In this document: one piece after another, positions 48,037-62,340 of the stretch | Layout of the letters: each line of letters starts with the position of its first letter | How positions within the stretch are numbered: position 1 is the stretch's first letter | DNA from: Marsupella aquatica | Lineage: Eukaryota > Plantae > Marchantiophyta | Direction of reading: 5' to 3' | DNA length: 64,000 nucleotides | Assembly: GCA_973895155.1 (NCBI GenBank) | Contig: OZ316891.1 | Span: 9,735,875-9,799,874, forward strand | Notes under the pieces: generated by a model | The model's database searches: none | The model's input: the letters and a program-made list of their open reading frames with translations, nothing else | Told to the model about the DNA's origin: nothing | Translations under genes and position numbers: made by a program

Positions 48037-50495
48037 CTCGCACGAATTAGTTCTTGTTCTCAATCTGCCTGGAGGAAATTAGGCAGCCATAGACAAACGA
48101 AATCCTCCCCAGAATTTTTACAGAAACCTAAAAGTTTTGCGAATATAATCTCGCTCGTAGATCATCTCAGCTAGACTCTCCGTTTGCCTAAAGGAATTTA
48201 GGCTAACGAAATTAGTCCTGCCCTGGAATTGTACAGAAATCTAAACCTTTTGTCAATATGATCTTGCTTGCTTGTAGATCAACGTAAAAGGACTCCTAAA
48301 TTTCAGAACTTATCTTACAACGAAATTGATGTGATAAACCGCGCGCATTCAGAGGCTCAAAGTATTGTAGCTATCGGGGTTGTTGCTTTCTGCTGGTCTC
48401 CTCAGAGTACTGGCAAAGGAAAAAAGCAGTTTATAACTGTATTAGAATGACAACTTGTCTATCAGCCTGGGTGGACCTTGCAGATCAGTCTTGGTGGACG
48501 CGCTCAAGCGAATATTTCGGACACAAATGAATCGAAGCTGCTAGTTTCGCACTATGTGAAGAGTGCGCGAACCGTCGAATTCTTGTTCTGGACTTATCGT
48601 GATCATCAATGTCAACCCCCACAGCGGGACATGTACGGACCCTGATCACTGAAATGCAGCACGAGCTTCACGGATGTAAATTTGAAAACTTTTTGTCACT
48701 CTTTCTCGTTGTAAACGGGTTTGCACCATGCCAGCTTCAGCCTTCAGTTTAAATGGGAGATCGTCACGTTCCATCTCTTCCCTCATAGATACCTCTGTCT
48801 TGAAAAGCCCAGATAAGCTCTCAACATCTCTGCAAAAGTTGTGATCTAGCTTGAAAGAGACTCGTAGGAGACTTGTTAGCATTTGACTTCAGCGCTTGTT
48901 GAAATCGGTCATTGATTGCGAACAAAAAAGACAACTCATTCACAAACACGAGCTCTTCGTCAAATTCTACTATTGGAGTAACCTATTACGGCGTTGATGT
49001 CATTGCTACGATTTCGTTATAATTTTACTTTAGACAGGGAACACAATTCTATGTGCTCGTCGCTACCTGTACCTCCACATGGCCAGATGCCGCGAATCGA
49101 ATGACAGCTGCAATGAGGATCCGGACAGGCGCATGCATTGCTGGTTTCAATGCTACGGCTTCAGTCGACGGATCTAAGAAAGCGATCTTTGGCCAAATCA
49201 TCCTCGATAGCCTAGATTTCTCCAATGAAGCATGCCATCCATCCGTATTTGTCAGTGATATGCACATTTATCTGTAATTGTACATGCGAATTGAAGACAG
49301 ATACGTGCGATTGATCGTGCTGAAGTCGTACATGTGGAGGTTCGAGGGTACTGGTGCATCTTAGTAATCACCGTGCAATCCTATGAAATTCGGCGAATAT
49401 TGTCTCCAACCAGACACATACGAGGTAGAAATAGCGAGCCCGATATCGAGACTAGAGGAATGTTCCTGCGGCAGTTCACAGCAGAAGCATGAGTGTGATG
49501 CAACTTACCCAAAGTAAAGCATGAGATCGGCTGTGCATCACGGCGGTGTACGGCATTTGTAGCGCAAGTACGAGAAGGTCCTATGGTGGCACTGTGGCAG
49601 TGTTTCGTTACTCGAGGATACGGCATGTTCTTTGCCAACAACCGTTGCCGCTGCACGAAATTGGTCGATGTTGCTACATGTCCTTTGAACGAAACTACAG
49701 TACTGCAGCTAAATAAGCATCGATGTCCAAACCAGCTAATTGTCACGCCCGGGTCCCCCACGTACGTCTAGAAGTCGATATCGGTAGAATGGCTTGCATG
49801 CGCATGGATCGAATTCATGCAATACGGCTATGGACGGCGAGTCGCCATTATTTTCACCCTTATACCTGACAAACCAGTCAGAATGCTCGTAGGTGCTATT
49901 AGTGCGCCGTCAGGCGTCTTCACGCTCTTAACTAGATTGTCTGACATTCTTTATGCTCGTGGCGTCTGAGTCACTAATGACTTGTTCGGCTTGGTTGGTT
50001 TGCGGCGGGCTGTTCTTGGGGCAACACGGTAATCCCGGTGTTTCGATGAGCGCTATCTGTGAAGGCAGTGAAGCTCGTTGTGAGTTCTTTCCCATGACAA
50101 TTGGAATCACAGTCGTCTTCCTCGAGAGAGCCAAGGTACGAATTGGAAGGAACTTCATTGTGGACAATTCCATGTGGGTTACGAGGACAAGTCTCGGTCT
50201 CTCTCGCTATGTCGATATCTTAATATGTGGTGAGAGACGGAAGCACAGTGGACTTAGGAATACAGGCATCAGTTTCAACTCGGGCGGCTGAAAACATACC
50301 TGAGATCTCCTTCTGGAACTCATTGTGCTACACAATCTCCTTTGCGACCCTGCTGCTCATTAGTCTAAATTAGTTACCTGCTACTCATTAGTCTAAATTT
50401 TCTTTACGCGCGTTTTGCGACTACGTAACGCAAGCTGTAAAGATTGTCATAGACTTCAGAGGACTAGAATTCCGATCGTTAGGGAGCAGATTTAG

Positions 50496-52370
50496 ATGGA
50501 ATTTGAACCGAAAGTGGAGTTCGAGTCAGAATATGACGAAGAGGAGGATCCAGAGGGATGGCAGCAGAGGAGGCAGATGGACCCACACGACTTGCGCCTG
50601 TACCTCATTCGGCGAACAGTGATGCAGATGCTGCGAGATCGTGGGTACCAGATAGGTGACATGGAGATCGCGATCTCCAAAGAAGATTTCTTGGAGAAAT
50701 TTGGCAGTAACATCAAGCGCAACGAGCTTGATATAGTGAGGCCAAAGAAAGCCAATCTCACAGAACAGGTCAGTAATCAACGGAAGTGAAAGATTGTCAA
50801 AGTTTTGATTACCACCTTCCATACTCGATCAGCAAACTTACTGCATTTTTTAGAAGAGAGTATTTGTTGAAAGCAAACTTTGACGTACATATGCTTAGAA
50901 GGCATCGTACATTGAAAATGCCTCGCTAGGTAATTACTTGCTTGTGGGTCGCTAAATCAACTCGCCGACAACAGGAACTAGCGAAGAATGTGCAACGTGA
51001 GCACTTTCTCTCGTTTCAAGCTATGTTGTCACACAATGGCCCTGTCCAGGCCAAGTAGAAATTGGTCTCGCAGAAGATATTTACTCAGCTTTCACCTCAA
51101 ACAATTCAATGAACAAAGATTGAGACGCAACGAGTCCGTCGACACGTCATGACTTCCTTTCTGAAGAACCTGGAGGGAACTTTCACTTTGAGTCGATGAA
51201 GTTTCGTTCGTTCTTAGTAGAAGTGAGGAATATCACGTTTCATTGACATTGAGAGGACCTTTAGTAATTGGCTATACACTCCTCACAATCATGACACTAC
51301 TAATGCATGTCCTCGATTTCTCGACAGATATTCGTATTCTTTCCGGAGGAATTGAAGGTGGGAGTGACAGTCATCAAGAGGTACGCGGAGCTTATGAAGG
51401 AACATAAAGTCAACCTTGCGATTATGGTCGTGCAGCGAAAGCTCACACTCTATGGCAAACAATCTATCAGAGAAATGTCTGGCAAATACAGAATCGAAAT
51501 CTTTCAGGTACGTCTTCCAACCATGTCGACTCAGTTCTATACAATCATATTTTTTGTGATACTAGTCGTATTACCAGTTCCAATCTCGTCTGACTCCAAC
51601 CCATGGACTCCGTTTAGTCCTGTAGCTTCTTCCCTTCCTTATGACACCCGCGGAATCCTCTTCTACTGCAGGAAACGGAGCTGCTGGTCAATGTCACGGA
51701 CAGCGTCTTGGTGCCAGAGCATCACATCCTCACAAACGACGAAAAGAAAGCAATTCTCCAGCGCTTCAGCGCGAAATCAGCGCAGGTGTGTTCCGTATAT
51801 GCTCAGAACAAGTGATTGGGTCAGCCATCCATACATGCAGTGCCAGCTTCAGCCAACCACCGTTCTCTCACTCCACTTAGCGAATCAGTGTTAGTTTTGT
51901 GTCACACTGATCACCGTGCCACCTTCCTGCCGAGAAGTGGCCTGCGGTCTGCACAGCTAAGTTGGAATATTTTCAGCAAGGAGAGGAAGAGAACATAGTC
52001 TGTTCGTATGTGTCTAGAGTCTAGACAGCTTTTTCCCTTCTCCTTGTGGCATTATCTCTACATGATTTCCTTCATCTCTTGTTCTTCGGGCGAGCTTTAC
52101 TGCCGTCTTGGCTTTTTTTGTCCCCTGCCTCCGTCGAGTATTTCTGGAATTTCAAAATTCTCGAACAGGAGTACACTTCGTTAAGAGAAATCAAATTCCG
52201 TAATCTGACGCGCCGTCCTCCATTGAAATTTCGAACAGCTGCCACGACTCCTCGAAGACGATCCCGTTGCTCGGTACTACGGGCTGAGAAAAGGGCAAAT
52301 GGTCAAAATCGTTCGTCCGGGCCAAAGCGCCACAGATGGTGATCATGTCACGTACCGAGTGCTAGTTTGA
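50496..52370 (+). CDS. RPB5: RNA polymerase subunit 5 family protein (RPB5-like), divergent, with an acidic N-terminal extension (4 exons)
   Basis: Exons 50496-50768, 51328-51507, 51672-51785 and 52239-52370. Motifs [53 protein letters not shown] and VTYR. Confidence 0.93.
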
Positions 52371-53717
52371 ATTGCATGAACTGGAATGCTGGAATGGTGT
52401 TTGGCCGCGCTCGATCGGTGAGGAAAGCGGGCTAAGCTTCCATCGATCGTTCAATTGAGAGGCCAAGGCCATTCAAACCTTTCAACGAAACATATCAGAG
52501 GCACAATTTTCAGCTGTTGTCTCCAGACAGACGATTGCCATTGCTGGCCGCCATGTCACATTCGCATGTAGAGCTTCCATAACCCTCCTGAATCCGAACG
52601 GGAAGGTTCCAAGGCTAGCCACAAAAGTTGAAAGAGTTATGACAGTGTTGTTGCTAATACTGCTCATCGCAAGTTTTCTCTCTTCGGCAAGAGTTCATCC
52701 ACTCAATTCCACGTCTCGGATAGAAGGTGCACAAGAGTTGTCCATCGAGATGCCGAAGTCCTGTGCTTCTCAAGAATGACGACTTCTGCATTTCATGTAC
52801 GTTGAAATAGAAGCCAAAAAGAACCCCAAAGGAGGTACAAGACTAACTTTCTAGAATGTACAGTTCTAATCATGATATTTCTTTCTTTCTTATGCGACCT
52901 TGTCATGAATGGTGATGTTTCTCCTTCTTGAATCGTCACATCGTTTTTAGTTGCTTGGAAAACTTGCACGGAAGGTGTACAGAATATCTAAGGGAAGACT
53001 AGTTTTGCCATTTCTTCCGAAGGCGCAATCTTTTCCGCCAGACGACTTTTAGTGAGTTGTGTCTCTTCTACGACCTTTCTTGCCAACGCATTTCATTTGC
53101 ATATACAAAATGTTAGCCTTCATGGAAAATCATGAGAACTCCTGTTCAGCAGCGATGTCATCTTATGGGATGTAAAATGTCGGAGTAACCCATTTTGAGA
53201 TCCTAGAGTTCTCCTAGGCGAAGGAAAGGATTTAAAATCCCAATTTCTCTACAATTTCCCCTGTGGTATAATTGTTGGTCACTAAGGAACTATCGTTTCC
53301 ATCCCCAACGTGATTTCTAGTGGCATCTCAAACCTTTCTCATCTCGTGAAATGTATTGAGTCTCTAAAACCTTCCTATTGCAAATGCCATACGATGCAAA
53401 TACCTCATCTCTCTCCAACAATTTCCCCTGTTATTATTTCCATTAAAACATGAATTCTGATTTCATCTCAGTTCTCTCATTTCATGAATTGTATCGTGTC
53501 ATCTAACCTTCTTCGTCAAGCAAGATCCCAAGCAAATTTAACTTCATGGAGTTCGAGCATTCATGCACACCATTGTCACTATAAAAGCTGACTTCAGACC
53601 TTAATTGATGGCCCAAGTATTGTCACTAGGTAAGCCTGCTCTTCACGATTTACTTAGAACCACTCCCAAAAAACAATGACTATGATCAAACCACACCCTC
53701 TGCAACATTTACTCTGG

Positions 53718-53925
53718 TCCATTCTAATTTTGAACTAGATAAAAAGGTCGTCGACACATGTATTCTAGTCCATTCCAATTCTGAACTGGATAAGGACGTC
53801 TACAGATAATTTATGCTAAACCACACTGATTCTAACATAGGTTAGTTTGGCCCATTCTAATTCTGAACTAGATAAGGACGTCTACAGATGATTTATTATA
53901 AACCACACTGATTCTTACATAGGTG
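53718..53925. repeat. Short tandem duplication (~82 bp x2 plus a partial copy)
   Basis: ccattc(c/t)aattctgaact(g/a)gataaggacgtctacagat...aaaccacactgattct is repeated. Confidence 0.8.
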
Positions 53926-54195
53926 AAAATGAGATTTACACCTTAGTTTGGTATAAACCTAAAACCAGACTACATCCAAACCAACACATTTCATATCAGA
54001 ATAGTTTTGCCAAAGCCAAAACCTCCTTCGGTCTGGACCATGCTTTCAAACCCAGAATACTTTCTATGTATCGTCATCGGTGTACTACTTGATGCAGAGG
54101 GAGCTCGTACTGTCGTCCAAAGGCAAGAAGGTCTATGTATTTACAACTTATTTCGTCTATTTTCAGTGTCAAGAATTGCAATGCAGGCAACACAA

Positions 54196-57100
54196 TCATT
54201 CTTCAAGCAGAGCAAGAACATTTGTAAGGACTTTAAAGCCTAGCTTGAAATCGGACAACAAAGAATACTCGTTCCTTGCATGGTATGTCGACATCAACCC
54301 TGCTCAAGGAAACGACCACACATTGTCAAGCCAGATCCAAAGAGGACCACACCGCATGAGAAACAAGCAGAAACGAGGTTCCTCATATATGAACAGCAAC
54401 GATGAACCGAATGAAGATAATAAAGGATTGGTTGACAGGACTTCTCCGTTTTTGAAGTATACAATTCATTTGAAATGTTCGAACGTCAGTATTTACCCAA
54501 ACGAGCGAGTAGCTCTATAAAATGCTTCACCGCATGAAACAGGAAGCACAGAATGAACATAGACTGAATCCGTCCTGATGTAGAAACTCATACAAACCCT
54601 TTTGCTTATAGAGAAAAAGATACTTACCGTATCCAACAGTTTGGACATCAAAACCTTCATCCTGTGCACACATCAAGCACAAAGGCCGCATCTTAGAACA
54701 TTCACGTAACTTTCTTTCTAACCAGAGGTCAAACGTGAGGCGGGTAAGTGTACTACGCTGTTCTGACAGCCTAAATCATCCAGACAGAAGTCATAATTAT
54801 TGTGGCCCCAAGTCTTTTAATTGTTCTGAACATGAATGGGAGTCACCGAAGTCGAAAACTAGGTAGCAGTATTGCTAAGGAACATACTAAAAGCCTAGGT
54901 TAAAGCAGGAAAGAGTTGCTTTGCGTAATCTCATATCAATCATGGTCATTTTGTGTTAACTGCAAAACATCTTAAGAGCAGAGCTTAAAGAGACCAGCAG
55001 TTCCAAGAAAATAAAGGTCTTCACCTGCAACTCACGAATGCATGGAAGAGAGCCAGTAATAGAATACGGCTTTACGAATCCCATGACTTTTTCGGTAGCG
55101 TTACAGAGAGCATGATATCCTGGAGAGTCAAGATTGCACGCTACCCCTGAAGTCATGATATCATCGAACTCCAGTGTCAATCTATACAACACGAGCAGTC
55201 TTGTGAGGGACATCAGAGTTGACAAAAGAGAAACAACGATCCGATCCCTCCGCTTCCACTCATTTTTATCTTTTTCATGATGGTGCACAAAATGCACATC
55301 ATTTTTTAAATCTTTTAGCCGAGGAAATGTCAACTTGCCTCGTCATATTCACGAACAACAGCCTTACATGATTTCAAAGCACTTGACAATCCTTTGTGCA
55401 GCTGGCAAAGATCTCAATGTCGTGACTAAATGATGAAATTATGGTCCATAAGTCCTTGCGACGTAGGTAAGCTGACAGTTCGCTTAGAACTCAATAACTG
55501 GGGCTAGATTTGATATCTAGCGGCGCTGTGGCTCTTACATGCAGAGAACCCAGTCTATGCCATCGAAACTTAACTTTATGCTTCAACCGCCCTGTGCATT
55601 TGTCTAGTCTCCTAATTGGAACCACAGATTTCAAAATTCACTCCTTCATTCTTTTGCATGATATTAGAGACAAAGAGCGGATATGCAATACTCCGTAGGT
55701 CATTGAGAGGACCCATATATTTCATACCTGCCTTTGATGTGCTCATCCGGCAAGTCATACTTCGAGACAGGGCCGCGGACATCAAGGGAGGTTATGTTGT
55801 CATTAATATCCTTAACATAACCCTGTATTGACTTGGCCACGTCTGCAACACTGCTCCAAGAATGAGATAACATCAACATTTATGCACAATGGGCCGCTGT
55901 TTGACAGAAGAATGCATTGCACTAGAAAACAATTGCGTAATCAACCTTAATTATTTTCTTCTATGCATCCCTGAAGAGTTGCAATTTGAAAATGCACCAT
56001 AAACATCTTGAAGACGTTTGATATCCCAAATCTTTTAAAGTCGTGAGATGTAGGACTCTTTGGGACAATATATGGTGCGTCTCTGGGTTTCAACTAAAAT
56101 CGAAATGTCATCAATACAAACCTGTAAAAGGGTGTTATCCTGATACACAAAGCAACGAATCAGAATTAGTATGATTCCATTTCTTGCTGTAACAAGCTCT
56201 GGAATCATTTGACGAGAAGTCCCACGAATTTCTATGACTGCGCACAAAAAACATGCAGACGACTTCAACTTGCAATTTTGAAATAAATGCAGAATTGACA
56301 GTCACCTGCAATCCCCAGAAATGAGACACTCCGCCGGAATCTGGTTGACACCTCCTCCGGGATCTGATATACATATGGCAAAGATTGATACTTAAGACAA
56401 GCAATGTCGGAATGCAAGAATGAATGGAAAGAATCAGAAGTACACGCCAAAACCCCCAAAATTGGAAAGCGGAATAGACTGCAAATCAGCAAAAAGCGCA
56501 AACGCAAAAACAGACTGAGCAAGCAACCCCGCTATGGTCATGCACACTCCGAATTCGATGTACTTTCAAATGTGCTCTCCCTGTGTCTCACTTAGGATTG
56601 TTCCATTTAATTACATTAAAAAACCATGGTTTTCACAGGTGAGGAGTTTCCTTTAGCAACATTGGTCGCTGAGGCGCACAAAAGTCAAAAATTCCATGAG
56701 TAATGTAATGCTTTCAATGGGTAAACAGGAAGTGAATCTTATCACAGTCTCTGGCTGACCTACTTTGAGATAATCTACATTGTTGAGAAATGCTAGGTTT
56801 CTCTTAATTTTTATTCAGATATTTGCAATCTGTGAGAGAAACCGTTCCTTTAAACCTTCAGATGATGCAGATACAAAAGTTGTAACCTAGCAATCTGGAG
56901 GGAAGGCCATCATGCATACACAGAGTACAGTGGATATTGAATCTGGGTGAGTAGATCTCACATTACCTTACTTTTCCGAGTGGAGCCTCTAAGGAACCAA
57001 AAACGAAATCCAAATGGAATATGTTTGACTGGCTCTGATGAGAGATACACTTACATGTCCATTGAGTTGGCTTCATTGTAGATGGCGTTGCAAAGCCATA

Positions 57101-59479
57101 ACGTTTTTCTTCTGAATGTGCAGGATAATCTTTGTAGAATCGAGTTTGAATCACCTTCAGTGCTTCTGAACCTAGCTCAAGTGGATTGACTGCCTGCATG
57201 GCAGATTTAACAAAAAAGGTTTCTTGTAATTAGAGATCGCTACAAAGGAAAGTGACATAATTCATTCGTTTAGTTCTGCGTTGTGCTTCTAGTGAGACAT
57301 ACAGTCTTCAAGATTTAAACCGAAAGCTCAAAATAGGAAAGGCCTTGCTATGATGCACACAAATAAGTGAGAGCACCATAACGAATCACTGTAGGAAGTT
57401 CCTAGTTCAATCATGCCCCGTGGCTTTAAGAAATGCTTATAAGTTGTTTGAAAAAGAAATTCAATCGAGAGACTAGTTAAAATCATATCACGCCATATGT
57501 GAAAAAATATGATATGACTGTATACTTTTAGTCCACCGACACTGGGGACAGAAAGTACAATGCGGCAGTAAGCCGGAGAAGTTAGTGAAGAAAATCAACG
57601 AAGAAGAGTCAGACGGAGACCTTGTGCGGAAGGCCGCTATGGAAAAGTTTTCCATATGCTCGTAGCTTCCATACTAACATGCCACCGGTACCAATGCAAG
57701 GTTGCTTGTCGGCCGTGTCTACCCAGAACCTGCTCTTAGTCATAACGAGAAACTGTTAACGACACGCCTCAAGATATTTAAAGACACAGATAATCCACTA
57801 GATAAAGACAGATGGACCTGATAAAATGCTTAGAACTAAGAATCAGCCATTATCAGCTGCTATAGTTTCTCCTAGGCAGCAGGTTAATTCTCACTGTGCT
57901 ACTTACAAGGGACCCAGCTTCAGCTTATCAAGGAGGCCATGTTTCACGAGAGCGTCCACTCCGACTCCAAGATTAGCTGACGTCTCCTCATTCGCAATGA
58001 AGACTGCAACAACAGTTCTCTCCAAAGTAGGTTTTCTCTCTGCTAGTTGGCGGAAGAGTTCAGTGACGAGAGCAACGTGACCTAGACAGTCCGTTGTGCC
58101 CCGACCTTTTAGTTTATCCCCATCAACTGTTAACTTGAATGGATCAAACTCCTACATGGAAAATAACAGAGGATATCACGCATAGCTCTTCAAGGGAAGG
58201 AAGTCCGTGAATTCAAAAATAATGAACATCCTACATACCCTGATAGGCCTTGGAGTGCAACCCCAGGAAAAATGCTCTGTGGGAAGACATGTTTCCCACC
58301 TTTCCAAGTTTAAGATTCCCACCTTTCACCTGTAATTATTGCTCATTTTGTCGGCTGGGAAGACACTCACCTCTAGTTTTGGAACCATGACAAAGCTATA
58401 ATATCTTCACAACCAAGTCAAGTTCAGGCTCAGGTTCAAATCGTTTATTATCACGAGTTAGTGACAGATGCTCGTGTAGGTAATTCACTGTAATGAAAGA
58501 AGTTGTGGCAAGGACCACTAGCTTGACTCTAGTAAATTACATCTGAAAGGATTAAACACAGATATTTGTCGTTCCTTTGCGCAAACCCAACATAGATCAT
58601 CTAGTTTGTCACAACATCACGTCAATAAGCACGAGTATAGTACTTCGGACAAACGGTCCTTCTATAACGGCAATCGCGGCCCCAGGTGCTTGTTGTTTGA
58701 ATGAAAAGAACTAGAGGGACGGGAATCATCACCTGTTGCTCTTGTGAGCCGATTCAGAGACATGTTTATCATATTCGAAAGGATTAGAAAAAGTGCCTCA
58801 GATGTATTTCCTGAGAGCGTGACAGTGACCGTTTTGATGGACTGAGGGGTCCAAAGAAGTAGCATGAGAAAAGGTGCTCGTGAATACTCTTATCAAGACG
58901 ATAATTACCACAGGCACAAACGCTATCTTGCTCACTTTCCACGTGATGGTGATTATATTTCTGCCAAGCAAAACCTGATCTACTTGTATCTGAAGAAATT
59001 AAATTAGCCACATTACTGCGACAAGAAACACAAAAGTCTATCCTTCACAAATCCAACAGAAAAAAGGCTCCCATGAAGAAACAGAAGTCACATTTCCGTC
59101 ACGAAAGAAAGACCAGAAGAATCTGGCGGGAACAAAAACTCACCCAATCGTCAGGATTGGCCGTCACAACATCCATGTGACTGCCGACAAACGAGACAAT
59201 TTTCTCCGCACCGCCCGTCCCTGGATACTCCACGATGAGGTTTCCTCTCCCCTCCACATAGCTGACATGCTTGATGACCAGAGGGCCACCTTCCTCGGTT
59301 CCGAACGATCCCAACACATCCAAAACATGCCGTACTGCTCTGTCCTCCTTCGGGATGAGCTCTGGAGGGTTGTTCTGCAGAAACTTGGCTTCTCCAATCA
59401 GCTTCCCCAGCAGAGCTACAAATTTCTCTCCATCTAATTCCAAGTCTGCCAACAACTCTTTCGGCGAATTCATTCCCAT
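54196..59479 (-). CDS. Acetylornithine deacetylase (NAOD/ArgE-like, peptidase M20 family), ~9 exons including an 18-nt microexon
   Basis: Peptides LQNNPPELIP, GRGNLIVEYPG, VGSHMDVV, GRGTTDCLGHVA, FIANEE, GKLFHSG, TPSTMKPTQW, PGGGVNQIP, PYSITGSLP and YHARNEY. Stop at 54196-54198. Confidence 0.93.
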
Positions 59480-59944
59480 CTTGCCGAGAAAACTCTCTCC
59501 ACTCGTTCTAGCAATGCCGAGAGAAAGCTCACAGGCGAAGAATGTACATACGCAGCTTCTTCTTCAGCTCTCCTTCACTTCAAGAGAGTCTTTCTTGTCA
59601 AATACTTGTAGTATTGTAAACAGTCGATTGCTGATGTTGGTCAATTGGTCCGGGAAGAAACCTTTTCACATGGAAAACGATTCCCACACGAGTGAGGCTT
59701 ACGTGAGAAAAAGAGCTTCCGTAGAGGCCTGATTCAAATCCTATAATTCAAAACAAAATTTGCTATGAATATACTCCGAGCATAGAAGAACTAATTTGTG
59801 TGTGAAATAGATCTATCGATTTATTCACTAGTACTTTTTTCGAGAGACTAATCTTTTCATTATGAAATGGAAGATAAGATAAATTAGGCAGAATAATAAT
59901 TATGAAGATGAATAACTTGAGGGATCTAGCATAATTTGGTAGCA

Positions 59945-60800
59945 CTTTTGTTTGTTTAATTTTTTGCCTCGAAAAATCCAAGTGAATGCCATTCAAATAG
60001 TCAGCGTACAAAGAGAGGGGGGTCACCAAAACGGCCACACCCAAGAGGACCAAAGGTCGATGTGCTAAAAAAATGGTGAAGCCGGTGTCAGGGGAGAAGC
60101 TGAGCCCCAGAAAGGGGCAACTAAACAAGTAATTTAGATACTACAGCGAGAGCATCACACTCCTAAGACTGGCCAATAATCAGGTCCTGGCGAGATTCCA
60201 TCCAGTGGTTTGTGAACGAAGGTAAGTTCTATCAGTCTAATCTGTAGTGCAGCTTACACACTTGTTGTAACCGAGACGTTCAGGGTGGATGGGGGGGAAC
60301 TGGTGGGATCTGCAAGACCTCCTCATGTAGGTTCCAAAGTCCAGCCCAGGTACCTTAGTCAAATGAGAAACCATTGTAAGCCTTGCCCAAGGTGGATTTC
60401 CCTGCTCTAATTCTAGTTCGGTGTCTAGCCCAATCACGCCGAAGATAGATCCCCAAACGATGCCATGATTTCTGAATAATCCCCTGGGGATTTGGCCGAG
60501 TGTGTTCAATGAAGTGCAAGCTTCTGTCCTTCCAGATAGTCCGACAGATGATTGCCTTGAGAGTGCGCCACAGTTTCTCTGGAATGTCCCACTCGTCCAA
60601 TAACGGCTCTCCAATGAGTATGTGGGCTGCATGCAATTGAATCGGGAGATTTTGAGAAAGGCAACATGCTGTAACAAGAACAATACCATTGCCATACCAC
60701 CTGGGAGCTTGGGCAGCCCCAGATGCTGTGAAAGATAATTATCTTCTTGTTGATCCAGATCGCATCGGGTGTAGCACTTTTGTTTTCGGTACAAAGTAGG
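59945..60800 (-). mobile_element. 3' remnant of an L1-type LINE (ORF2 C-terminus), frameshifted
   Basis: C..C...ED..H-like segment and LWRTLKAIICRTIWKDR (W.IW..R motif). A-rich tail-like tract at ~59945-59965 on the minus strand. Confidence 0.6.
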
Positions 60801-61944
60801 CTCGAATCCTACCGTTTCCTAAAGAGGATCCCTGCTTGTCACTTGTGTGGACTCAATCAATTAAGTGCACACAATTATCATGTACCTGTACTTACTGTTG
60901 AGAGTCAATTTTTAAAGGTTATGTTTTCTTGGCCAAGGTGGCCAATGTCACCTTGTCCAAAGGAGAAGATGCAGGATTATATACCTAATTTTTCAAAATC
61001 TAATTATGGTCATCAGGTCTCCCTAGATTTTGCAATGACCTTTGGATTCTAGCGAATGGGGTATGTGGCTAGGTGGGAAACAGGCTACTGAAAGACAAAA
61101 ATCCTAGCCACTTTTGCCGAAAGTGGCTAAGCCTTTGCAGAGAGGTCGAATCTAGCAAACTTTCACCCGTGGCCAAGGCAAACCTAAGCTCCTGGATATT
61201 TTTCAATGGAGTTTTGAAACCTGCATTGACCATTCTGAAACAAACCTTCTTGCTTTGGTAGCACCTGTCCTTTGTAGAAATGTTGAGCTTGTAGGATGCC
61301 AAAAAGTGCTTCATCCTTTTACCTACTACAATTATAAAGAATCCCACCAAAAATGGTGGGTCATCCATTGACAAACTGACTTTTGGAGGGAACACCATAT
61401 GACCATTTTTTCGGAATTCAATATGAGTCTGAATTGTACATATGACCAGTAGAGTTATACTTTGTTTTATACTAGACTTTCATTAGCCAAAAATAAATCT
61501 CCTAAACCAAAGCACACAAGACAAAGAATTTTGGTATACCACAAAGAGGGGCATGATGACATACTAGGAATGTGAGTCCCGTTGGGATTGGGCACTTGGG
61601 ACACCGTTATGAGAGGACAGGGACTAGGGAGCACTAAATTAAGTTCAAAATAGGGAGGGAAAATTAATGATGCACCAATGTACGTGTGAAGGGTACCATA
61701 TATACCCTCCCATTAGTACGCAGGGGAGGGGATACATGGGAATGAGACAAAGTGGAGAAAAGGAAGGTGAATAAAGAAAATGCATGATAGTAGGCAATGA
61801 GAAGGAAAAAAATAGGAGAAAATTTACACCCTTGCCTTTCATTGGTTGGGGGGCTTTGAAGCAAAGGGAAACCAAGAGTGAGAAAATATTAAAAAAATTG
61901 GCACACAGATAATGTCTTAACAACTACATCACAGGGCCTATGTT

Positions 61945-62340
61945 TTCTTGCCTCCCCTTGACATCTTTATCTCACCACAACATCTTTTACTCACGCTCAA
62001 CATCTTTTCTTTTCTCTACAGTTTTTTCTCACCTCAAGATAGTTTTCTCACCTTGACATATTTTTTTCACCTCGACATCTTCTTCTTGCCATCCTTTTCT
62101 CACCTTGACATCTTTGTCTCACCACGACATCTTTTTTTCACCCTTGATATATTTTCCCTCCTGGACATCTTTTTTTCACCTCAACATTGCTCTCTCACCT
62201 TTACATCCCTTTCTCACCTTGCCATCTTTTCTCTCCTCAACATCTTTTCTCCCCTTGACTTACTTTCCTCACCTCGTCATTTATTTCTCTCTTTGACATA
62301 TTTTCTCACCTCAACATCTTTTCCTCACCCCAACATCTTT
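61945..62340. repeat. Degenerate pyrimidine-rich minisatellite (~19-bp unit, tctcacct(c/t)gacatcttt)
   Basis: About 20 imperfect copies of ctcacct/ccttgacatcttt. Explains the spurious Phe/Leu/Ser-rich ORFs here. Confidence 0.85.
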
